A stretch of DNA of 64,000 nucleotides. Origin: Eledone cirrhosa (Eukaryota). Shown here piece after piece: positions 26,962 through 40,617 of the stretch. Numbering within the stretch: the first letter of the stretch is position 1; the number at the start of each line of letters is the position of its first letter. The DNA lies in the NCBI GenBank assembly GCA_964016885.1, contig OZ024752.1, forward strand, positions 434,001-498,000, in the 5' to 3' direction. Both the position numbers and the translations under genes were made by a program. The notes under the pieces were generated by a model. That model saw nothing but the letters and a program-made list of their open reading frames with translations, did not search any database and was not told the DNA's origin.

Positions 26962-28279
26962 TACATCATGCAATATTTCTTAGATTTATTTTAATCAACC
27001 CAAAGCCTTCGATACTTCGTAGAGAGTGTGGGTAGGTAATACATCTGAGTTGCTTCCGCGGAAAACTGATTTATTTTAATCAATCCAAAACCTTCGACAG
27101 TTTCTATGATCAGTACATAGCAGTGGATAACGATGAACGAGTCTCGGTCCCATCTTCAAAGTTTCGGTGGCTATATTAATTGACCGCGTATCAGAACATC
27201 TTCGAATATCTTCGAATCAGACACTAAGTCTTTTAAGAGTGTCATCTATTACCACACTATGCATATTTTTTATTGGTGCTGATGCTAGAGGTGTTGAGAG
27301 GCATATCACTTTATCTGGGGCACTGGAATGACATGACACTATACACGGACAATATTACCGCAGAGGTGTTGGGCGTAACTGAAATCGGAATGGTCGCCAA
27401 CATACTGTATAATAACAAGTGGCAACATATTAACAAAGATAAGTTAGAGGATTTTCATCTTGGTACCCAGCATGCCAACCAGCTACGTGGATCACTGGAT
27501 CGATATCCTGTTAAGAAGTTCGGTTTCTGGTTCAGGCCAAATCTCTAGGTGGACAGAAACTGGAATGAGATTTCCAGACTTTTTGGTCAGTCTCACACAG
27601 AAACAGGGTGAACAAATTTGGATACAAGAGGTGAATGCTTACATCTCCGTTATTCATTACCCACTAACTTTGCCCCGGTTCTAATTTGATCAAGTTGCTG
27701 CCACTTTTTATCAAACAGACGCGTTCCAGATGCCTAACGACTGCCAACTCTCTATGTGAAGAGTATTTGGTATATTGGAACAGATGTAATGCCAACGTAT
27801 AATGATGTTATGGCATTTGCAGAAATTCATGGATGGGGAAACGTTGTGGTCACCGTTTGTGAGCATTGTGGTTCTAGATGAACTCTACAGACAATATAAC
27901 GGTGTCAATCGAACCTATTCGAGATGCGCGTAGGGAAAAGAAACCGCTCTGCTCGTACTTGTTCATTGTTCGAGCTTTGATAAAGGTGTGGAGGTGTGGA
28001 GGTGTGCAGACCTGTCGAAATACTGTGTGCAAAAAATGATGAAGTGTATAGTAAAAGTATTTAATTCTTCATTTTTGTAATTTTCAATCTGTAATTTCAG
28101 GTTAAACGGATTCTTAGAGCTACACGCAACTGTTCATGTATCTCCTTCCTCTTCTTCTTAAATATATATATACATCAGCAGTAAGGTGTGGTTTCAACGG
28201 TATCTGACTGCTATTCATAACAGTTCTAGTAACTAAATGAGTACCCCCCACTTGTAAACAAACACGTCCTAATATAAAT

Positions 28280-28314
<35 letters not shown>

Positions 28315-28384
28315 TATATATATACACACACATATACATATATTGGATTACCCAGCCGTATAGAAACAAATTTGCTAGCGATGG

Positions 28385-28890
28385 TTTCAGGTTTATTCTA
28401 CAAAACAATTATTGTATGTTCGATAAATTTACATACATTCAAACTTCGGTAACAGCCATGGGTAATAAAGACACAACTCTAGCTATGGGTTACCACGAAC
28501 AGAATATCTCTGAAGGCTCACTATGGAATGAAAAACAAATAAAATTCTGTTAAAACGAATACCATTATAACGAATTTTTCAGTATAACGAATTTTTTTCA
28601 ATCCCGAGATAATAGCAAACAAACGTTCCATTTGTTTATAAAGAATTTCTCGTTACAACGAAATTTTTTTATACCCCGTGAATTTTGTTATAACGGAATT
28701 TCACTGTAGTAGGATAAACTAGAAGAGATTTAAAATATTACAAATACCATAAATACCGATATTCAATTCACAATGGAATCTAGTAAGGGAAAACTTCCCT
28801 TTTTAGATATTTTGATAAGATAAGAGATGGACGGATTAAAATGGATATCTATTATAAATCCACAGATTTAAAACAATACTGAGTATTCAC
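28385..28890 (+). pseudogene. Penelope-like (Neptune-type) reverse transcriptase fragment
   Basis: Manual translation: FILQNNYCMFDKFTYIQTSVTAMG...LAMGYHE, then IQFTMESSKGKLPFLDILI...IKMDIYYKSTDLKQY. Confidence 0.75.
28535..28708. mobile_element. Pogo/Tigger-like MITE interrupting the PLE RT fragment
   Basis: Right end gttataacggaatttcactg-TA; repeated internal ataacgaa motifs; degenerate left TIR aaattctgttaaaacgaa. Confidence 0.55.
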
Positions 28891-29621
28891 ACTCTAAAAC
28901 ATACACGAACACTTATTGTAGGGCAAGTGGGGGAGAGAATGTAGGGAAGAAGACAAGAGAAAAGAGAAGAAAAGGAAAGAGAGGAAAAATGACGAAGAAG
29001 AAAAAAGAAAGAGAAAAAGAAAAAAGAAAAATAGAAGAAAAAGGAGGAAAATGAAAAAAAGAAAAAGAACACAATTACGAGAAGAGAGAAAAGAAGGGGA
29101 GGAGGTGGGGGGAAACGGTGAGGGGTGTGTGTGGTTGAGAAGGGGTGTTAATAAGTAAGTTACAGGTGTTAACAAAATGATGTTGATGATGATGATGATG
29201 ATGACGACGGCGATTATGAGGCTGACTGAGGATAATGATGATGGTGATAATGGATTGAGTGAATCAAATGAAATGGTCCAGTGGATTTCTGTTTTTGATA
29301 GAATAATGTTGCTTATGATGCTGGTAATGGTGGCTAGTGATGATGTTTAAAGTGATGATGATGCTGGTAATAGTGGCTAATGATGATGATGGTGGTAATA
29401 GTGGCTAGTGATGATGTTTAAAGTGATGATGATGCTGGTAATAGTGGTTTTGTCTTTGCGTGCTATTGTTCTCCACGCTCCAAATAATGACGTATTATCT
29501 TCGTTTTTTCCCGTTCTTTGCCAGCGAACGTTTCCACGAACCAAAGTATCGTCTTCCTGTCTTCCTCCAGTTGCAACGTTTTTTGAAATATCCACTTATG
29601 CGTTTACAGATTGACTTTGTT

Positions 29622-29672
29622 AGTTTCAGAAGATTCCGTTAAGGGTGAAAGCAGCGATTCTTTGCTTAAACT
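29622..29672 (+). ncRNA. Hammerhead-like motif, CAGAAGA core (copy 2)
   Basis: Same as 14803-14853 with one C>T change in stem II that is tolerated as a G-U pair. Confidence 0.55.
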
Positions 29673-29713
29673 TTAATCTGTTATTTTAATATATATATAT
29701 ATATATATATATA

Positions 29714-29879
<166 letters not shown>

Positions 29880-30303
29880 TTTTAAAAAACATACAATGCA
29901 TTAGAAAATTAAAGGTGCCAAGATAACAATAGAATCTTATCTTAGCAAATTTAATAATCCATTACCAAGGGAGTACCCATCTGAAAGACTTAAAGGGTCG
30001 ATTGGAGATGACTTGTTTGGGAAGTAGATTTAAGTTAAATGTAATGAAAAGACGTTTAATTTCGAGCGTGTGCTTTGTGAAATGTGTGGGGAAAGTGTAT
30101 GATATATGCATGTATGTGCGTGAACGTAAGTGTGCTTAGTGATAGATGTATGTAAGTGTGTGCATTAGTGTAAGTTTACGTAGATACATGTATGTATGCA
30201 TCGGATAAGATATTTTCGTTTTCTCATTTCGAGATCTACTGTCAATGATAACTGATGAATTAATTTCATCCTATAGAAAAGTATATTTATCGATGCTATA
30301 ATA

Positions 30304-30368
<65 letters not shown>

Positions 30369-30476
30369 CACTACCTCCTTACGGACAACTGACGCTGCAC
30401 ACCAATTCCGAACACAGAAGAGCCGAACTTCCACTGTTATCGCCTCCACCTCTCTCGCCCTCCCCATCTCGCTTTA

Positions 30477-30665
30477 TAATTGTTTCTACTTTTGGCACAA
30501 GGCCAGCAATTATCCCAGTGTATTACTGGTACTTTATTTTATCGACCCCGTAAGGATGAAAGGCAAAGTTAAACTCGGCGGAATTTGAACTCAGACCATA
30601 AAGGGCCGTAACTCTTTGCTGCAAAGCATGGTATCCGACCCTCTATCGATACTGCCCATCCACCC
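30477..30665 (-). mobile_element. Meta-type SINE
   Basis: Family consensus; ctttataat duplicated at the flanks. Confidence 0.85.
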
Positions 30666-30767
30666 TTTATAATGATATAATTATTCACCGGTTTTTATAA
30701 TTTAGGCCTACTTGAAGAAATGAAAATTGAGAACTGTTTTCCTTGATCTTTCATGTACAGATTCCTT

Positions 30768-31156
<389 letters not shown>

Positions 31157-31300
31157 TTACACTCTGTTTAGTTCTACACCTCGTTACAGACGGGAAACTA
31201 TACATCGAGTGCTCACTCGGGTGAACTTACAGTAACTGCACGTTACACTCCCTATATGTATCCCGCCCGTCCCCTCAATCTATCTTATTTCTCATTCTTC

Positions 31301-31334
31301 CTTCTGATGAAGGCCTGGCGTCCGAAACGTTAAG
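31301..31334 (+). ncRNA. Minimal type I hammerhead motif
   Basis: ctt CTGATGA agg-cctggcgt-cc GAAA cg TT aag. Confidence 0.65.
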
Positions 31335-31420
31335 ACCCTCTTCCTGCTATATCAAGCGTTAACCTAATATATCCCTTCCATATACTGTACCGATTGTGTT
31401 GTTATTTCTGTTTACCTTTT

Positions 31421-31476
<56 letters not shown>

Positions 31477-31603
31477 GTATAATGGCAGCTATGGTGTTTC
31501 CATAGGCGGTATGCCAAAATTAGCACTCGATATTCAGCAGAGTAGAGTGTAGATAGTATAAAGAAAACGAAAAATCAGTGATGCATCTGGACTTAATTTA
31601 TTG

Positions 31604-31694
31604 CGTGTTACAATTGTTTCGCCGGCAGGTAGCTCGAGACATGGTCCCTGTATGGATCTGGCTGATTCTACGGCTGCAGGTTCTTTCAGACACG
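31604..31694 (-). ncRNA. Hammerhead-like motif in the left palindrome arm
   Basis: Mirror of 31827-31917. Confidence 0.55.
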
Positions 31695-31826
31695 GGTATT
31701 TCGTTCGGAGCAAATTTTATCACTGGAGTGTTATCATCAAAAAACACCCTCAAAAAATCCTCTTCCACTCTTGTCATTTTTTGATGATAACACTCCAGTG
31801 ATAAAATTTGCTCCGAACGAAATACC

Positions 31827-31917
31827 CGTGTCTGAAAGAACCTGCAGCCGTAGAATCAGCCAGATCCATACAGGGACCATGTCTCGAACTACCTGCCGGC
31901 GAAACAATTGTAACACG
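31827..31917 (+). ncRNA. Hammerhead-like motif in the right palindrome arm
   Basis: cgtgt CTGAAAGA [long stem II region] GAAA caattg TA acacg, then aataaa; perfect 5-bp stem I, palindromic stem III, one extra core nucleotide. Confidence 0.55.
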
Positions 31918-31965
31918 CAATAAATTAAGTCCAGATGCATCACTGATTTTTCGTTTTCTTTATAC

Positions 31966-32029
<64 letters not shown>

Positions 32030-32240
32030 GTATATATATTATACATATATATATATACATATATATATCTCTATATATATACATATATATACATATATAT
32101 ATGTGTGTGTATATGTAAGTGTGTGTGTGCGTTCACATCGCATATTTTGTTTATCTTTCTCTTCCCAATTTCCCCAAACTCTTCTTATTTACTCTTCCGC
32201 TCTTTTTTGTCTCTAGCTCTGTGTCTCTCTCTCTCTCTCT

Positions 32241-32343
<103 letters not shown>

Positions 32344-32860
32344 GTATATATATATCCTTTCATCTCCCTCTCTCTCTCTTCCACCTTCTCTTCCCCCTCT
32401 CGCTATCACCCCCTCCCCCTCTCTGTCTTTCTATTCCTGCCATAGTTATTTCTTTATCTTTCACTGCTGTTGAAATATGAAGCAATTCAATGTATCCTCG
32501 CTAGACGTCGCCAGCCACGTAAAGGTGTTGAAGAAGATGACTATCCGATATGAAGTTGTGATTGAGTTCTTATTAAAACTTGTTATTTGATACATACACT
32601 ATGGTGAACCATCAGTTATTCACACTCTGGTGGCACTGAACAACAGACGGCTTCTGCATTATTATATTATTCTGCATATTAGTGTTAAAACTAGATAGAT
32701 AGGCAGACAGGTAGATAGGCATATATATATATATATGAAAGAGAGAGAGAGAGAAAGAGAGAGAGAGAGGAAGAGGGAGAGAGAGAGATAGATAAATGGA
32801 TAGGTAGATAGGTCGATAGACAGTCATATGGATAAATAAATAGATAGATAGATAGATATA

Positions 32861-35800
32861 TTTCTTTATTAGCCCCAAGGGCGCACAAGAAAAGGGGACA
32901 ATACAAAGACACATGCTGGAGATTTTACATACAATCGTGTAAAAATATGAAAGAAACAAATATAACAATCGAAATCCCCAATAGGGTTAGAGGCGTTACA
33001 AATGGGTTGTTTAATACCCCGCAGATAGAACAACCCTCAACTTCAGGAACGTGTTGTGCAAGTGCTCCTTCAACTTACAGGTGCAAGTGCAAGTGCTCTC
33101 TTCAACTTACAGGTTTATATACAGAGAAGGCCCAATCAGTCGGGCCATTTTTGCCACATTCACCAACCTTTCAGTAAATTTACTGGGGTGCAGTACCTCT
33201 CTCTCCACTCTGATTCTCCTTCTAAAGTGGTACCTAAAGAAGGGAATGAGTTGTTGTCCGGAGAGAAAGGCATCTGTCCTCAGTCCTCTCAATCTCGTCC
33301 ACCATATAACCTCTTTCACCATAGACACTATACAGAGGAAAACCGCCTCTCTTTCGTTTTTTAAAGAAGTCGGCGGTTTGATCCTTACTATGGACTCGGC
33401 AGACAACTGGATTTGTCCCATACGCGACAGCAGTTGTTCTGCGTAGTTCTACAGGTCGGTTACGCCCGGGCACTGTAAAATTGCGTGCAAAACGGTTTTA
33501 ATGTCCTGCTCGCATCTTGGACACGTCCTCTTGGAAGGATCCCTGCCAGGGCGGCCGCGCCTGTAGATCTTGTCACGAACTGGTAGAGCTCCTCGGTAGC
33601 ACTGCCAGGCCAGGGACCTCTGGAAGTTGTCCATAGGTCCCGGGCGGAAAGTCCTACCAAACAGACTGGTGAGTTCGTCGTCTTCGACGCCTAGAGTCTC
33701 TCCGAGTACGTCGTAGCTCTTGTGACGTACTAACCCTCTATAGAATGTCGAAGTGGAGCCTCCACTGATTGCCGTGCCCGCTTGATAGAGGACTGTAAGC
33801 GCCTGAGCGCATTCAATGTGCCAGGCGCCCATCTTCTTCGGGTCCGCTTTACCCGCCAGCAAGACAAGTTGCGGCAAGGCCTGTCTCACAAACGGTGCCC
33901 ATACCGGTTGGGGCTCGGTGAGGAATACCTGTAGATGCCGTAGCCTCAGCTTATGCTTGCGCATAAACAGCCACGGCATTCCCAGCCCTCCGTTGGAAGG
34001 GTGCTGACAGCAGATGGATCTCCTCACCAGTGGAGCCTGCTTCTTCCAAAGGAACTGGAAGAGCATGCGTTCCATCTTGGTGAGGTGTTCACGGGGACAA
34101 GGCACGACGGTCAAGCGGTAGTAGATGACGGACGCTATGAAAGTGTTCGCCACCTCCGCTCGGCGTTTCAACGATAGTTTGCACTCTGCCCACTTCTGGG
34201 TGAGCGCAAATACCTTGGCCGTGACCTCGTTCCAGTTTTTCTCCACCTGGAGGTCCGGACCGAACCAGACCCCGAGCAATTTCACCGGTCCGTCCGTCCA
34301 GCGTCCGACGACGCTGTCGGACGGCATCGGTTTACCTCTCCACGTACCGAGTTGCAAACCGACAGACTTGTCCGGGTTAAGTTTTGAACCTGTGGGCCTT
34401 TCATATTCCTGCAGTAAGTTGCCGATCGCCCCCATTCCGAGGTTTCCGTCACCATTACCGTCACGTCGTCGGCATAAGCCGACGCCGCTTTCCGCAGTTC
34501 CGGTTCCAACGGGATGCCCTGCAGCAGCTCCAACTTCCGCAGTAGTGGCTCTAGAGTCAGTACGTACAGAATATATATGATAGGGGGCATCCTTGTCGGA
34601 TGGAACGCGTGATTGCGAACGGCTCCGATAGGTAGCCGTTCAACTTGACCATCAAGCAGATGTTGGTGTGCATTGCAGCGATCCAGCCTCTGATGACGGG
34701 TCCGAAACCGGCCGCCTTGAGAACCGCTTCCAAGTATCGATGGTCGACGCTATTGAACGCCTTAGACTGATCTAACTTGATCAGAGCCCCACCGAAGTCG
34801 GGTTTACACCACACCCTCTCTATGATGTATAGCATGAGGTGGAGGTTGTTGTGTATGGACTTGGTAGGGATCGCACACGTTTGCGCTTTCCCTACCAGGC
34901 TCTCGACGACAAGCGCCAACCTCGTTGCCAACACCTTGGCCAAAATCTTTAACTCTGTGTTGAGCAGAGTTATGGGCCCAAAGTTGCTTAGTTCGTCCCC
35001 CTTTTTCTCGTCTTTCCTAATCAGCGTTACTACGCCCCTGTCTGCAGAACTGGGAACTCTCCCGTTCTGCTGCCAGTTGCAGTAGACGGCCTAGAGGACA
35101 CCAGAGAACAAGTCCGGCATGCCTATGTAACTCATAGGGTAGACCATCTAGACCGGCTGATTTGCGTTTCCCGCAGCGGCCCAGAGCGTCCCGTATCTCA
35201 GTGGCTGTGATCGGTCTTTCGCAGAACTAGGCGTCCATGCTCGAGAGACGCGGCAGGCCGTCGACGTATGAACCGAAGTCCATTGCCCCGTTCGACACAC
35301 CGCCACTCTGCTCGAACAGTTGCGCAAAGTGCCGCTGAAAAGCCGCGCACATCCGCTTGGGGTCAAGTAGCACGCGTCCGTTTTGATCTTTCAAAGACCG
35401 ACTCGTGGACTTGTTGCCACTTTTTGCCTCTGCCACACGGGCCCAGCTAACAGCTTTCGCTCCCTCGTTTCCTGGAGCACGCGATTTACTTCTGATAACG
35501 CAGTGTTCATGTTTCGCGTCGAAGAACTGGTCCAGTGCGTTCTTGATTCTAGCACTCTAGCTACGTTGCCACTCCTAAGCACCTCTTCTACCTTCGCTAC
35601 TATTTCCGTTTCTGTTTTGTTTTGCTCTAAGGCTAACTCTCTGCTAAAGTCTATCGACTCTACTCTGATTGATTTCTTGAGGGAGTACCACCATCTATTG
35701 TTGACGATGGCTCCCGGCAATTGTTGCTTAACTAATCTACTTATCTGTTCACTGTAGGCTTTACGTGTCAGTAGCGACACATTCAGCTTCCAGTATCCGG

Positions 35801-37905
35801 GTCCTTGTCTATGTATTCTATCACGGTTGACTATGCAGATGACTAATTTGTGGTCTGAATAGGCAACCATGTGCATTTGTGGACAGTTTAACATCTTCTT
35901 GTCTCTCTCTCTCTAATAAAGAACCTGACTAAATACGATCTAGGTGTCCCGCTGGGGTTTGTCCACGTCCACTGTGTGCAGTCGGGAAATCTAGTCGATA
36001 CCTATCGGCCGGTTGGAATTGGCCGATTAAATTTTTGAGGCTGTTGCACCCCCATCTACTGGGACATAATCCTACATAGTCCCATCGTGCGTCTAGGATA
36101 CCATTCCAGTGCCCCACCAAAAGCAAGGAGCGAGACGTTCCCAGAAAAGACTCTATACGCTTAAAGAAGTCTGGCCGCGATTGCTCAGTCAGGGCATAAA
36201 CGGCCACCAGTCTGAAGGCTCCACCTCCAACACTGTTCACGTCGAGGACTACCAGTCTACCCTCCGGGTCCAAGTGTACATGCTGTACTTCGACGTCCAG
36301 GTTTTTCCGAAACATGACAGCCACTCCCACTCCACCTCCTGACTGACAGAGAGATGCGTAGATCTCAAAGTCATTGAAGATGGGAGTTAGCTGTTGCCTG
36401 TTGTGGATCCTGGACTTGGTGATGGTTATCACATCCATACCGTATGACCTAAGGTCGTTTAAAAGTTGGCCCTGTTTTCTGGGCATCCCTAGGTCACGCA
36501 CAACTCGTAAATCAGCCATGTTGGTGGAGAAGAGTTGGCGAAAAAGGACGAAAAGATGCACTTTCCTTTTCGTTTCCTGGAGTTCGGATTGTTCAATCTC
36601 CATTTGGGTGCTGGTGGGGGTGTTGAGTGGGGTGGGGAAACATTTTAATAGGACGCGGTTAATAGACTGTTGACATGGGTTGCCTACGTCCTGCGAAAAT
36701 TGTTCTTTTAATTTCTGATAGGTTTCTATCGAAACCCTTAACAGTTTTAGGTGTGGTTGATAGTCTGCCTTGACAAAAGTTTCCCCCTCAGTTTCTACTT
36801 CGGGGTCTTGGGAGATGACCCCCATTAGGTTTTTGTTGTTTGTGTTAATATATGTGTATTGTTGTTTGTTTTTTGTTGTGTTGTTTTGGTTTGTTGTTCA
36901 TTTTGTAGTTTTCTTTTTATAGTGGGCATTTGTGTTTGGGGTGGTGTTGGTGTTTGTTTTGCTGGTAGGGGGGGGGTAATTGTGGTGGCGTTTGTGTTGT
37001 TGTTTGTGTTGGTGGTTGTGTGTTCGTGTTGGTGATTAGTGTTTTTGTGGCTTTGCGGTGTCTGTTTTTTTTTGTTTTTTTATTTCAGAGGCTCTCCTTC
37101 ATCTTCACTTGGGGATGGAGAAGTAGCCTCGTCTGGCGATGAATCGTCATCAGGTGCGTGTGGGAGGGGTATGTTGTGTGGTGATTGTGTTTTTGTGTGT
37201 GTGGTTGTGGTAGTGTTGGATGGAGTGGGATGGGGCAGGACTTTGTTTTTAAGTGGAATTGTTTGTGTTTTTTCTGATGTTTGTGGTTGAGCAGTTGTTT
37301 GTTTTTGTGTGTTTGCTTGTTTTGTGTGTTGTTGTTGTTGTGGCTTTGGAGTTGGTGTTGAGAAAAGTACTTTTTGGGTGGTGGTGGTGTTTGTTCGTAA
37401 GAGGGGACAGGAGGCCTTTAAATGCGATGTGTTTGTGCATTTAAAACAATCTGGCTTCCCTCCATCTGCCGAAATGTGTAATTAGTTTGTATTGTTTACT
37501 GGTACCCTTTCTGGTAACTTGGAAATTCTGCCGGTTTCATTTCCAAGCTTGTGCCGTTCCATGTGTTTCTTGTGGTTTTTGAATCGACAGTATTGTGACT
37601 TCATCCTCCTATAAGAACCCTGCCAGAATCCACCAGATGTTAACGTTGGGTGGTATACGGGTAATGTTTATTTTTTGTGTTCTTTTTCCCATGTATGTAG
37701 GGAAAAAGGTGTGTGTGGCAGAGGTGACCGGGGTCACTGAGTATTTTTTTGCAAGGGCCTCACTTTTGAAGAGCACCGAAATGCTTCCATATAATTTAGC
37801 CCTTTGTATGAATTGTATGTCTGGCATTGCCTCTTTCAAGACGATTTCAATTTCGCCTTGAGTAAGGAAAGCCGGCTTTTTTATTTGTTCAAAATCGTGC
37901 GAAAA
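32861..37905 (-). mobile_element. Near full-length decayed L1/Tx1-clade LINE (ORF1 remnant ~36520-37905; ORF2 APE + RT + C-terminal Cys motif ~33107-36519)
   Basis: APE-like DPEGRLVVLDV...RLVAVYA, SDHKLV and GPGYWKLN; RT LDQSKAFNSVDHRYL, IRQGCPLS, AYADDV; C-terminal CPRC...HAILQCP; many frameshifts. Confidence 0.92.
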
Positions 37906-38074
37906 ATCACAGTCCTTCGCATTGTGTCGGCTTTGATTTGTGGCGGAGAGGTGAGATAGCTAGGCAAAAATATACATGGGCAGATGGATAAATAAATAAA
38001 TGACGTGACGGTGGGGATTTACATAAGAATTGTGTAAACTTTAACATTAACAAATTAGAATATACTATATATTG

Positions 38075-39712
38075 AAATAAAATAACAATCGAAATCCCCA
38101 ATAGCGGAGAACGTTACTGCCGGGTTGTTTTACACCCCGTTGATAGAACAACCCTCAACACACGTTTTGTAGGTGTTCCCGTCTTCCCTCTTCCCATTAC
38201 TCGGGCCATTTTCGTCATATTCACCCATCTTTCAGCGAATTGACTGATAGGCGGCACCTCTCTCTCCACTCTCACCTTCCTTCTGAAGTGGTATTTAAAG
38301 AAGGGGATGAGTTGTTGTCCAGAGAGGAAGGTGTTTGTCCTTTCAACCTTGTTCACCATATTACCTCTTTCACCATAGCCACCAGACAGAGGAAAATCGG
38401 CTCTCCTTCATTCTTAAATGAAGGCGGCGGGGTGATCCTCACGATGGACTCGGCTGACAACTGGAAGTGTCCCACACGTGACAGTAGCTGTTCGACATAA
38501 TTCCACAGGTCGATCACCCGTGGGCATTGAACACTTGCGTGCAAAACGGTTTCAATGTCCTGCTCGCATCTTGGATAGGTCGTCTGTGCTCGTAGATTTT
38601 GTCTCGAACTGGTAGAGCTCTTCGGTAGCACTGTCAGGCCAGAGACCATTGGAAGTTATCCATAGGCTCTGGATGGAAAGTTCTGCCGAACAGACTGGTC
38701 AGTTCGTCCTCTTCGATAACCAGAGTCTCTCCGAGAACGTCGTCGCACTTATCCTCCACTAATCCCCCATTGAATGTTGACGTGGAGTCTGCGCTGATTG
38801 CTGTTTCCGCTTGATAGCGGGCTGTGAGCGCCTGAGCTCACTCGGGGTGCCAGGCGCCCATTTTCGGTCTTCACACCGTGAGCTCTTCTCACAAACGACA
38901 ACCACACCGGTTCACCAGTCAGGAATACCTGGACATGGCGTAGCCCCAGCGCGTGTTTGCGCATTATCAGCCACGGCATGCCCAGCCCTCCGTTAGAAGG
39001 GTGTTGGCAGCAGATGGATCTCCTCACTAATGGAGCCTGTTTCTTCCAAAGGAACTTGAAGAGTAGACGTTTCATTTTGGGGAGGTGATCACGGGGACAA
39101 GGCACGGCCGTCAGTCGGTAGTAGATGACCGACGCTATGTAAGTGTTCGCCATCTTTGCTCTACCTTTTAAGGAGAGTTTGCACTCAGCCCACTTCCGGG
39201 TGAACGCAAATACCTTCGCCGTGATCTCGATCCAGTTTTTGTCCACCTAGATGTCTGGACCAAAGCAGACGCCGAGCAATTGCACGGGTCCTTCCGTCCA
39301 GCGTCCAACAACGCTGTCGGACGGCATGGGTTTGCCTCTCCATGTGCCGAGTTACTAACCGACAGGCTTTTTTCTCCTTCCTGTCAATGTTTCGTATTCC
39401 TGTAATGAGTTGCCGATTACCCCGATTTTCTACACCATTACGGTTACGTCGTTGGTATAGGCAGACGCTGCTTTTCACAGTCCTGGTTCCATCGGGATGC
39501 CCTGAAATAGCTCCAACTTCTGCAGTAGTGGCTCGAGAGTCAGCACATACAGAATGAAGGAGAGAGGACACCCTTGACGGATGGAACGCATGATTTGAAA
39601 TGGTTCCGATAGGTAGCCATTCACATTGATTGCCGAGCAGATTCTGCTGTGCATGGCAGCGATCCAGCCTCTGAAGCCGGGACCGAACCGCTTTCAGGTA
39701 TTGATGGTCGAC
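38075..39712 (-). mobile_element. Second, more decayed 5'-truncated L1/Tx1 copy
   Basis: Homologous to 32960-34750 (LSLKGRAKMANTYIASVIYYRLT, SNGGLGMPWL, LSAESIVRI); the 5' break abuts (TAGA)n. Confidence 0.9.
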
Positions 39713-39780
39713 CCTATAGATAGATAGATATATAGATAGATAGAGTGGTACATGGATAGGTAGATAAATAGAGAGATAGG

Positions 39781-39811
<31 letters not shown>

Positions 39812-40052
39812 GCAGACAGATATATAGATAGATAAATCGATTGATATATACATACATTTCTACATGGATTCAGGCTAGGTTTAGAAAAAGATGGGTAAGT
39901 ATCCAGACACGCATTCTCGCACACACATACACACAGATGCGTGTTCTGACACAGACACACACAAACACACATATAAATATGTATATATGCAAAAAGTAAA
40001 CAGAAACATAGTACAATGAAGAAGTATATCAGTTTAATATAAAAGAAACAAC

Positions 40053-40086
40053 ATTTACGTTTCGGAAACCAGTCCTTCACCAGAAG
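40053..40086 (-). ncRNA. Degenerate minimal hammerhead, same type as 31301-31334
   Basis: Minus strand: ctt CTGGTGA a-gga-ctggtt-tcc GAAA cg TA aat; A6G change. Confidence 0.4.
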
Positions 40087-40281
40087 ATAGAAAGAGAAAT
40101 AAAATATGAAATAGAAAGGTAGAGAGTGCGAAGAGGAAAGAAAGTAAATAAACTTTTTTGAGAAAAATCACGTGTGTATTCATTCAGACATTTTGGAGAA
40201 AATAATCGATACATATTAATCGATTTCTCCTCCCTTAAAATTATTAGCCCTGTACCTATAGTAGAAATCATTGCTTTCCAC

Positions 40282-40617
40282 CATAGTTACGCCCGTTTAT
40301 GATCTGAGTTCAAATCCCGCCGAGGTTGACTTTGCCTTTCATCCTTACGGGGTCGATAAAATAAAGTACCAGTAATGTACTGGGTAATTGCTGGCCTTGT
40401 GCCTAAAGTAGAGACAATTATTTATATTGCTCGATGGATTGGCAGTATCGGTAGAGGGTCGGACGCCATGCTTTCCAGCATAGTTACGTCCCTTTACGGT
40501 CTGAGTTCAAATCCCGCCGAGGTTAACTTTGCCTTTCATCCTTACGGGGTCGATAAAATAAAGTTCAAGTAATGTACTGGGTAATTGATGGCCTTGTGCC
40601 AAAAGTGGAAACAATTA
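40282..40617 (+). mobile_element. Tandem pair of Meta-type SINEs
   Basis: Family consensus; tttatattgctcgat duplicated around the second copy. Confidence 0.85.

Larger units (their letters stand above)
31553..31968. repeat. 416-bp palindrome: 192-bp arms, 32-bp spacer, about one mismatch
   Basis: 31553-31744 is the reverse complement of 31777-31968; mirrored ORFs 31578-31784 (+) and 31737-31943 (-) agree. Confidence 0.95.
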
